A stretch of DNA of 64,000 nucleotides, from sequence record MW373745.1; one strand, 5' to 3'. Position numbers and translations under genes: made by a program. This document shows, piece after piece, positions 8,701-16,063 of this stretch. The notes under the pieces are model-generated. The model was given only the letters and a program-made list of their open reading frames with translations. It had not been told where the DNA came from and searched no databases. Numbering within the stretch: position 1 is the first letter of the stretch; each line of letters begins with the position of its first letter.

Positions 8701-10971
8701 ATAAATAATATATTGCAATCTATGTTTGATGAGAGCCCTGTAACTCTAAAAAATGGAGATTACATAGATGTTTCATTTAGTGGTAGTGCAAGCTATGGAA
8801 CAGGATATTGTGGGTATGTTAATATAAAAGATACTATAAGAGATATTACATATAAAGCTTATAAAGTATCTTCAAATGCTTTTAATACAACTAGTGGAAC
8901 TAAAGTTATTGCAGTTCTCACTTCTGATAATAGTAAAACAAATGTAACTTATTCTGATAGTGTATCAACATTAGAATCTTATGAAGTAGCAGAAAATGAG
9001 ATATTATTAGAAATATCATTTTCAACTGCTAAGCAATATTCTGCTGAATACGGGTATGGAGCTATGTTAGAATATTGGGGTTCTGTATCTGATTTATGTT
9101 ATGATTATTATATGGGTTCAAACCTAGATATGAACTGTCCATTTAAAATAACACTACTAAAGATAGGAAGCTCTGTTAAAGCAGATACTATACAAATAGG
9201 AGCACCTTCGTATTGGGCTAGTTCGTTAGTAATACACTTAAGAAAAAATACAGGAAAAATTATAGACTTTCTAGTTTCAACTGGTAGAAAAGTAATAGGT
9301 AGAGACGGAACTGAGAGTGGTTCTGTATATGATATAGTAGATAAAGCTTTAAAACCTTTAAAAGTATTAACATCTGATGCTCATCAAGAAATAAATGGTG
9401 TAACTAGATTTAATAACAAAGCTTATTTAAACATAGATAGTAATAAAATTACAGATGATAAGCAGATTATAAATAAAGAATATCTTGATGGAAGTATAAA
9501 GACTACAACTAAAGATATCATAAATGAAACTCCTATAATACCTTTTACAAATATTGAAGGTAAGAATACTAAAAATATAAGACTTAAAATATATGCAAAA
9601 ACTGATAGCTCTAGTTACTCCACTGGAGATACAGTTGTAGTAAGTAATCTTAAAGTTAAGCTTAAAGGAGATACTGAGTTTCTTAAACCTGTTGGAGTTG
9701 AAGTTACTGACAGAAGTAATCAAAAAGTAGGATTAAACTTAACAGGAGATGACACTGTATATAAAGATGATATTGCTATTACAGAAACAAAACCTTCAGG
9801 ATTTAATATCTCAAGTATTGATTTATCTAGTGGTAGTAATGCTGTAGCTACAGTAAAAACAAATGGTGTATACGATTATAGTGGAGTATATGAGATTTGT
9901 AATCCTTTCAGAGAGTATAATAAAAAATATTGCGTATTTTTAAGTTCTGATGGATTAAAAAATCCTTACTATCAAGTAACTTTAGAAAGCTCTAAAGAAG
10001 TAGAAAATATACAATTACAATTATATGGAACAAGTGCTACCAATCCTTTATTATACTCTAAAGAATGTATAATAGAAATATACACTGATGATACACTTAT
10101 AAGGTCGTTTAATATAAAAAATAAAAACGATAATACAAATAAACCTATTAATATTAAACTAGATTTTAAAGATGGAGTTTCTTTAATTCCTATAGAAGAG
10201 GCTGTATATAATTTAAAAAATATTATAGATAATAACTCATCTATTTTATCTGGAAATGGAAAACCTTCATTTTCACTAAACCCTAATAAAATAGGCTCTC
10301 TATACTCTGATACAACAAATAAAGCTGTATATATGTGTATAGACAATACTTTTGGTGCTAATAAATGGGTGAATATAGTAACAGGTGATGAAATTAAACC
10401 AAACCTTAGAAAAATAGAAATCACTTGTAATGTAAACTTAAGAAGTGGATATTATGGCGGTTGTATGAGCGGTGTTAAAATAGGATTTGATAACGGGTAT
10501 GCTTCTACAAAACAAATAGTTAAAGGATTAAATAATGGTCAGATATTATGGTCATTAGACGGTTTAGGTAATCTAGCTAGTTATTCTGAAGTAGGTTCTT
10601 TATCTCCTAGTGGTAATGATATCAAAGGTGATGTTACTACTACTGGAATATATAACGACCCTTCATATCATTGTGTTACTAATATATTCAAAGAGTATCT
10701 TGGAAATGCTGACCAGTGTTCATTATGGTCTGACGCTAGCACTAAACAATTAAAAATAACATTAATATCTGAAAAAGTCCCTAATAAAATTACTTATGTA
10801 GGTAACGGACATTATGGTCAGACTTCTGTATCTGATGTAAAAGCTATATGGTATTATGTAAATGATGACGGTATGAAAGTAGAAGAGTCTGTAGATAATG
10901 AACTTGAAGTTAGTGTTAATAGTTCAGAAACAAACGATAGTTCTTATATATATGCGTTCAATATAAATTAG
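5701..10971 (+). CDS. Large tail fibre/receptor-binding-like structural protein (1756 aa)
   Basis: Repeated YNKSEID.KL..KAD and GDL..L......L..AIN motifs, two internal YGYGAM...YDYY.GS modules, C-terminal domain shared with 48660-49943. Confidence 0.65.
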   Translation: MDSTDNSKVTSIETNQYIKNPKYTTKEAIDKFVHLLILGRYTEKDLSDALNYCLIRSTESFDSIDSIKKAIEELKKDSEAFKIFIDNTNKLLDAIQDINKEQTAEIDKINEFLKTAVTLDTEQTIVGTKTFNKIYVPNPTESKQAANAQYVIDYVKDQLSKTIGDLNNLKTESKDLIINAINEVLDNLNAYKETINETAINQMIDTKLNPLIERITTIESTADYTKELAEANKQAIEDLNTKVVDNTSDITDINRRLEEAVFYSKIDDTRKTIQLKNYDSISGVSTTGEGINIAMVSKWDKVDLGSTQIPINLNGSETRPTYNDSKEIALMDDVKLKADASNVYNKSEIDTKLDTKADSNTVYNKEDSDARFVSLTENQNIQGNKVIEGIWEFNGILSKPKQLATTEYVVNYAKTYANQKVGDLASLKTEAKDTAVSAINELFDKIESGNTDEPVDTYTKQEIDAKLETKADVDNVYNKSEIDSKLDLKADAGSVYNKSEIDHKFENITIDDINYAKLGEENTFIQEQNIKQVNISDEPTLDTHVITLKYFKDNSSGGISPADYVTKTEFTSGINNKADKNHTHVVADITDLNLDRLATKEETYTKQEIDNKIDAIVPPEIDLTHYAKKDAANIFTKANTFTEAPSVEVDATLDNHVIRKKQFDNSIKEINDKVKSVVGDLNSLNNEVSKDNLVNAINSVDDKFKTTAKTNESNTFTGDQTYLDNILLESVPSERNHAVNLGYILDNPGGIKLPDHTALTQNSVTEITFGYANPVSYSAQTLKNVFLKDIIGNDYKAIMADNKSFTVSPSEETVVILSRVDYLNNIDFKFDITKTSEQLKEYELKEGEVRVILSYDTVSVYSNGYGYGAMFSRNANKKDGDLIYDYYFGSQNDITNNRKVSIKIDKLGINTPDIVSISMTTNGSEKLTVKTDELNPIENIYDSADMTYIHTPVSKTVGDVLYSNISQAIKSIHLLENNICSLKPADMELQLVRLKEFKQTINNILQSMFDESPVTLKNGDYIDVSFSGSASYGTGYCGYVNIKDTIRDITYKAYKVSSNAFNTTSGTKVIAVLTSDNSKTNVTYSDSVSTLESYEVAENEILLEISFSTAKQYSAEYGYGAMLEYWGSVSDLCYDYYMGSNLDMNCPFKITLLKIGSSVKADTIQIGAPSYWASSLVIHLRKNTGKIIDFLVSTGRKVIGRDGTESGSVYDIVDKALKPLKVLTSDAHQEINGVTRFNNKAYLNIDSNKITDDKQIINKEYLDGSIKTTTKDIINETPIIPFTNIEGKNTKNIRLKIYAKTDSSSYSTGDTVVVSNLKVKLKGDTEFLKPVGVEVTDRSNQKVGLNLTGDDTVYKDDIAITETKPSGFNISSIDLSSGSNAVATVKTNGVYDYSGVYEICNPFREYNKKYCVFLSSDGLKNPYYQVTLESSKEVENIQLQLYGTSATNPLLYSKECIIEIYTDDTLIRSFNIKNKNDNTNKPINIKLDFKDGVSLIPIEEAVYNLKNIIDNNSSILSGNGKPSFSLNPNKIGSLYSDTTNKAVYMCIDNTFGANKWVNIVTGDEIKPNLRKIEITCNVNLRSGYYGGCMSGVKIGFDNGYASTKQIVKGLNNGQILWSLDGLGNLASYSEVGSLSPSGNDIKGDVTTTGIYNDPSYHCVTNIFKEYLGNADQCSLWSDASTKQLKITLISEKVPNKITYVGNGHYGQTSVSDVKAIWYYVNDDGMKVEESVDNELEVSVNSSETNDSSYIYAFNIN

Positions 10972-11153
10972 ATATGTAAGGCTGTATTAATGATAGTGCC
11001 AACTAAAGACTTTTTAAAAGATATTATTTGGAAACATCATTATTATTTTTTGATTCATTTTATTAAAGAAAACAGAGATATTTATATTGTCTTTATAATT
11101 ATAAATAAAGTTCGATAAATATAATTGTAATTTTATATTTATAGGATTGTACA

Positions 11154-11246
11154 ATGATAGAACCAAAAAGAGAGCCTACACAAGAATTTTTTGTATGTTT
11201 ATTAAAAGAACCTAGATGGGCTAGTATTGAAGCCGAGGATTCTTAA
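11154..11246 (+). CDS. 30-aa ORF MIEPKREPTQEFFVCLLKEPRWASIEAEDS (not in the ORF track)
   Basis: SD AGGA; its stop overlaps the start of the gp15-like gene (TAATG). Confidence 0.45.
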   Translation: MIEPKREPTQEFFVCLLKEPRWASIEAEDS

Positions 11247-12604
11247 TGGCTTTCTTTCATTTTAATACCCTAAGAAAATATACTGGAGCTTTGATACATT
11301 TATTTTCTAATTTAGAAATACAAACTATTCAAAGTAATGGTAAACCATTGTATTCTATAGTTCCTATTCAGTATGCTAACAGGGAAAGATTTGATATTTA
11401 TAGTCAATTATCTTATAATCAAATGTTTAATGGTAATACTCAAGTTTTACCCAGAGGTATACTTTTGTTTACTGGTATGAATGCTAATATCAACAGAGCA
11501 AAAAATAAATTTGCTAAGATATATAGAAAATCACAAATAATTAAAGGTGAAACTAAAAAATTAAATTATCAATTCAATTCAGTTCCTTATGATTTTACTT
11601 ATCAAGTAATTATACAATGTCGTGGAATGAATGAAGCTAGTATGATATTAGAACAAGTCGCTAGTTATTTTAATCCTAGTTATTGTTTAAGAATTAAAGA
11701 AGTAGATTTACCAGATTTTGGAGATACCTCTTGTATATTAGAATTAAACTCGACTAGTGTAGATCAAGAATCTATGGATGAATTAAGTACTAATATTGTA
11801 ACTTGCACTTTTGATTTAACCTTAAGAGGTAATATATACCCAGCAATAAAAGAACAACATTTAATAGAATTAGTTCAATTGTTTATGAGTACTGATTTAC
11901 CAGAATCTACTGAAGCTAATCCAGTAGTCACGAGAGTTTATTCCGAAGGTTCTAAAGAAACAGAATCTGGTATTCAAACTTTTATAAATCAATACAAAGC
12001 GGTTATTAAGGATATAGAATTCAACCAAGATTATTTACTCTGTAAAATAGATTCTGAATGTGAGAAACTTATTAAATTTAAATTTAATTGGTGGGTCAAT
12101 GGCATCAAACAAGACAGCGAAATTGAAAAATTACATTATGCACCACGAGATGGTGATATTGTAAAAGTTCAAGCATTTACTGATATTGTTGAGAGTGATA
12201 TCTTTGAAAAAGAATTCTATTCTGATGAACCAAGATATGATTTAATTATTAATGATTTAATTAGGGATGAAAAATTCTTAGAATGTGATTTTACTGACAG
12301 TAATCCATCAAATATTAAATATACATTTGAATGGTTTATAAACGGTGAAAAATTAGATTTAACACAACGAATTATTAAATATAAATCTAAAGTTAGCTTT
12401 GATTGTGAATGTATTATTAGAAGCTCTGATGGTAGAGAAGCTAAATATTTTAAACATTTTCATAATAATGAAATAATTTTTAAAGATTCTTTTAAAATAA
12501 AAGATTCTATGAAACTCGAGCTCAAAACAGAGTTGAAATCTATAGCCATTGGCTACAACGATTCAATGGGTTTCGATACTAATAATGATTCAAATGATAA
12601 TTAA
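11246..12604 (+). CDS. Tail terminator/sheath stabiliser (T4 gp15-like) with a C-terminal extension
   Basis: LRKYTGALIHLFS...VPIQYA...FNSVPYDF pattern of gp15. Confidence 0.75.
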   Translation: MAFFHFNTLRKYTGALIHLFSNLEIQTIQSNGKPLYSIVPIQYANRERFDIYSQLSYNQMFNGNTQVLPRGILLFTGMNANINRAKNKFAKIYRKSQIIKGETKKLNYQFNSVPYDFTYQVIIQCRGMNEASMILEQVASYFNPSYCLRIKEVDLPDFGDTSCILELNSTSVDQESMDELSTNIVTCTFDLTLRGNIYPAIKEQHLIELVQLFMSTDLPESTEANPVVTRVYSEGSKETESGIQTFINQYKAVIKDIEFNQDYLLCKIDSECEKLIKFKFNWWVNGIKQDSEIEKLHYAPRDGDIVKVQAFTDIVESDIFEKEFYSDEPRYDLIINDLIRDEKFLECDFTDSNPSNIKYTFEWFINGEKLDLTQRIIKYKSKVSFDCECIIRSSDGREAKYFKHFHNNEIIFKDSFKIKDSMKLELKTELKSIAIGYNDSMGFDTNNDSNDN

Positions 12605-12612
12605 GGTTTAGA

Positions 12613-13365
12613 ATGGGTACTTTTTCATTTTCATTATCGGATATAAAGAAACAATTAGGTCCTGGTTTAGGAGTTAGATCAAATGCTTACTTACTAGAAG
12701 TTGCTGTAGTAGGTGCTGTTTCTAAAAAATTAGCAGTTCTTTGCCAAAGCACAGCATTACCTGAAAGAAATATTGGAACCACTGACATATTCTACAAAGG
12801 TAGAAAATATAAAATGCGTGGTGAAACAGACTTAAGTGGTACTTACACTATTAATATAACTGATGATTCTGAAATGAAACTTAGAAGAATGTTCGATAGC
12901 TGGATGAGAGAAGTAGATAATACCACACCTAAAGGGACTAATGCTTTAGCAGGCTTATTTGGTGGTGCTATGGGTGACTTAATGGAGGTAGCTAATGGAA
13001 CTTTGAAAGCGGTTAATGAAATTAAATCTGCTTGGGAGTTTGATGGTGGTGTTTCTTGGCTTAAAAATATGATTATGGGCAAGCCACTACCAGCAAATTA
13101 TCAAACAACCGTAAACATTTGGCAATTAACCAAAGTCAAAGAAAAACTATATGGGTATGCTTTGACTAATGCTTTTCCTATTGAAGTAGGTGCAGTAGAA
13201 GTTTCTGATGAAAATGAAAATCAGTTATCTATGTTTAGTGTAACTTTTGCATATTCAGATTTTGAACCTATTGAAGATAAAGGTGTAATTGGACAAATAG
13301 TTGATACTGTAATAGGCCAAGAAGGTCAAGAAATTGTACAAGGTGTTGAAAATCTATTGGATTAA
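12613..13365 (+). CDS. Tail tube protein (T4 gp19-like)
   Basis: LCQSTALP...YKGRK...GE...WM and FPIEVGAVE...FSVTFAY motifs. Confidence 0.8.
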   Translation: MGTFSFSLSDIKKQLGPGLGVRSNAYLLEVAVVGAVSKKLAVLCQSTALPERNIGTTDIFYKGRKYKMRGETDLSGTYTINITDDSEMKLRRMFDSWMREVDNTTPKGTNALAGLFGGAMGDLMEVANGTLKAVNEIKSAWEFDGGVSWLKNMIMGKPLPANYQTTVNIWQLTKVKEKLYGYALTNAFPIEVGAVEVSDENENQLSMFSVTFAYSDFEPIEDKGVIGQIVDTVIGQEGQEIVQGVENLLD

Positions 13366-13572
13366 ATATTCTTTAGATTTAAAAATTTTTAAGTTTTAAT
13401 ATTATATAATATGTGAAAAATTTAAATTTAAAAGATTTAACACTGTAGTGTAAATTATTAAAAATAACACTGTAGTGTTAATTATTGAATATACTAAAAC
13501 TGCTAAAATCACTAAAAATTTAAGAATATTTTAAGGATTAATACATTATAATAACATTGTAAAGGAGATCAA

Positions 13573-14079
13573 ATGGATATTTCAATTAAAGAAATACAAC
13601 CAAGTCCTGAACAATTGAAGCAATACAAAGCTCAAAGAATAACACAAAGAAAACGCATCGTAAAAGGTGGGTTTGAGCACGTTCTCGTAACTTCGGATTC
13701 TGACTTAGATGGTATTCATATAGGCGCTTTATTGATGGGGTTTATAGAAAGATTTAGGCCGGAATACAAAGGTAGATTTGGTCGGTTTAACACGCCTGTT
13801 AAAATGGTTTTAAAAGGCGAAACTCCTATTAAATGGACTTATGACATCACAGAAGAGTTACCGGTTAAATCCGGTGAAAATGCGAAGTATTTCAAAGGTT
13901 TAGGATCTTGGCAAAAAGAATTATTAGATTTTGTTATTAAGAAGGATGGATTAGAAAATATGATCGATGTCTATGATTTCGATAATATTAATATAATTAA
14001 TGACTTCTTAGGCTCTGAAGAGAGTGATAAAAGAAAGAATTATATTAGAAATCATTCTTTTAGTATAGCAAGTCTGTAA
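13573..14079 (+). CDS. Type II topoisomerase small subunit (TOPRIM, T4 gp60-like)
   Basis: SDSDLDGIHIGALL (DxDxDG) and KYFKGLGS motifs. Confidence 0.8.
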   Translation: MDISIKEIQPSPEQLKQYKAQRITQRKRIVKGGFEHVLVTSDSDLDGIHIGALLMGFIERFRPEYKGRFGRFNTPVKMVLKGETPIKWTYDITEELPVKSGENAKYFKGLGSWQKELLDFVIKKDGLENMIDVYDFDNINIINDFLGSEESDKRKNYIRNHSFSIASL

Positions 14080-14252
14080 TTATTTGATTGTTTTACATTT
14101 TGGTGATTTAATTTGATTCTAAGTTTTAAACTTTAGTTTATAATTTAAAGTTTATAATATAATAGAATCAATATTAAATTAAGTTTTTTAATTTTTTATA
14201 ATTGGTTTTAATATAATAGATTAAAACTGATTAATTTTTTTAAAGGATATTT

Positions 14253-15182
14253 ATGGACATTAATTTTGATTGGAATTCAATGAATGCGGGAGCTAACCCA
14301 TTCGAATCTAAAAGTTATGAAAGTGATACTCGTTTTTATACCCTAGCAAAAGATGAAAATGGTAATGGTGCAGCTTTAATTAGATTCTTACCTAGTGAAG
14401 TTCACGAAAATGGCTCAATGAGTACCATTATGAAAGTATTCAAATACAATGTTAGATCTAAAACTTCTAAAAGATTTATAGCTGAGTGGAGTCCAAGTAC
14501 AATTGGTTTACCTGACCCAATTCAAGAAAAGTGGGCGTCTCTTTGGAATGCTGGCAAACAAGATGAAGCAAGAAGATATGCAAGGTCTACAAGATACATT
14601 GCTAATATTAAAGTTATTAAAGATCCAAAAAACCCAGCAAATGAAGGTAAAATTTTCTTACTTGATATGTCACAAACACTTGGTGAGAAAATTAAATCTA
14701 TTTTAACACCAAATGAACAAGAATTAGCACTAGGTGCTGTTGCTAAAAATCTTTTTGATCCTATAAAAGGATTTAACTTTAAATTGATTGCAACTAAAGG
14801 TGCCAATGGGTTTATAGAATATTCAAAAAGTGATGCTGAAGCAAATCCAAGTGCAATTTATAATAGTGTAGAAGAAGCAGTAGCAGATATTAAAAATAAT
14901 GCTTATAAATTGTCAGATTGGCAAAAACCAGAAAGCTACAAATCTTACGAAGCATTAAAAGAATTGCTAGATGGTTTGGATACACCAGTAGAATCTAACA
15001 ATTTAGATTCAATGGTTCAAGCAGCGCCAGTAACAAGTTTTGCTGAACCGGAAGCACCAACAGTACGCATTAAAACAGCACCAGTACGCATTAAAACAGC
15101 ACCAGATGCACCAGAAGCTAAAGCGCCAAGTGCTAACCAAGCAGATAATCTTGATGATTTGATGGCTGACTTATTAAAGTAA
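14253..15182 (+). CDS. Single-stranded DNA-binding protein (T4 gp32-like)
   Basis: DENGNGAALIRFLP, ANIKVIKDP.NP.NEGK.F and an acidic tail DDLMADLLK. Confidence 0.9.
   Translation: MDINFDWNSMNAGANPFESKSYESDTRFYTLAKDENGNGAALIRFLPSEVHENGSMSTIMKVFKYNVRSKTSKRFIAEWSPSTIGLPDPIQEKWASLWNAGKQDEARRYARSTRYIANIKVIKDPKNPANEGKIFLLDMSQTLGEKIKSILTPNEQELALGAVAKNLFDPIKGFNFKLIATKGANGFIEYSKSDAEANPSAIYNSVEEAVADIKNNAYKLSDWQKPESYKSYEALKELLDGLDTPVESNNLDSMVQAAPVTSFAEPEAPTVRIKTAPVRIKTAPDAPEAKAPSANQADNLDDLMADLLK
15061..15102 (+). repeat. Perfect 21-bp tandem duplication in the gp32-like gene (VRIKTAP x2)
   Basis: cagtacgcattaaaacagcac occurs twice in tandem. Confidence 0.95.
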
Positions 15183-15222
15183 CTTATAGAAGCTCTGATG
15201 GGCTTCTTCTCAAGGAAGAATT

Positions 15223-15495
15223 ATGATCGATATCGAAAACTTTAAACCACTTCAAGATTTTGTTCTAATAAAAACAGAACCTGTTAAATTTGAAACTGAA
15301 TCTGGCATCATTACAAAAATACAAAAATCAAATCTTTATGACCGACCAACCAAAGGTGTTGTAATTAAACAAGGGCCTAAATGTCAATATGATTTGGTTA
15401 ATAAAACAGTTCAATGGGATATCACAAAAGGTCAAGATATTGAAGAAAATTATATTCTTTTGACTGAGGATTCAATACTAGGAATTATAGAGTAA
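15223..15495 (+). CDS. GroES/Cpn10-like co-chaperonin
   Basis: FKPLQDFVLIK...ETESGII...KGVVIKQGP...EDSILGII. Confidence 0.85.
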   Translation: MIDIENFKPLQDFVLIKTEPVKFETESGIITKIQKSNLYDRPTKGVVIKQGPKCQYDLVNKTVQWDITKGQDIEENYILLTEDSILGIIE

Positions 15496-15945
15496 ATGAG
15501 AGCTCAGCTTTTTGAATTGCACCAAGAACTCAATATCAAGGATAATATAATCTTGTTACATTGTGATATGTTTCCTTATGCAGGAAAGAACATCATAAAT
15601 TTACGTATACAAGAACAAACTATGATTAATGTAGCAGCTGGTATTGCATATACTGGCAAACCAGTTATAATCTATGGAGTTCTTGGATTTGTTTTTCTTA
15701 AAGCTCTGGAGCAAATTAAGTTTAGTATATTAGATTTTAGTGCGAAATATGCTCCAATAATTATGTATAATGCTGGATATACTGGGTGTTATGAAATGTA
15801 TGGCAAAGGCCACATTTTCAAAGAAGAATTAGATCTTTGTAAAGTTTATAATATTGAATATTTCAAACCTAATAAAGAAAATTTTAAAGGTTTGATAAAA
15901 GATTGTTTAAAAACAAATGGTTTCAAATATATTTTGATATATTAA
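15496..15945 (+). CDS. Transketolase pyrimidine-binding-domain protein
   Basis: INLRIQEQTMINVAAGIAYTGK...FLKALEQIK. Confidence 0.75.
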   Translation: MRAQLFELHQELNIKDNIILLHCDMFPYAGKNIINLRIQEQTMINVAAGIAYTGKPVIIYGVLGFVFLKALEQIKFSILDFSAKYAPIIMYNAGYTGCYEMYGKGHIFKEELDLCKVYNIEYFKPNKENFKGLIKDCLKTNGFKYILIY

Positions 15946-16063
15946 ATCATTAAGCTTTTAAGCTTTAGCTTATAGTTATTAAACATTTTAAGCTTTAGCT
16001 TTATTTTTTAAAACTTTTATAGCTTTAAATTAAAAATAAATAATTTAAAACTCAGGAATTTTA

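Noticed and set aside
15956-16027. Degenerate 30-bp-period ttttaagctttagctt repeats
   Set aside because: Low-complexity AT-rich sequence; at most a decayed relative of the long repeats
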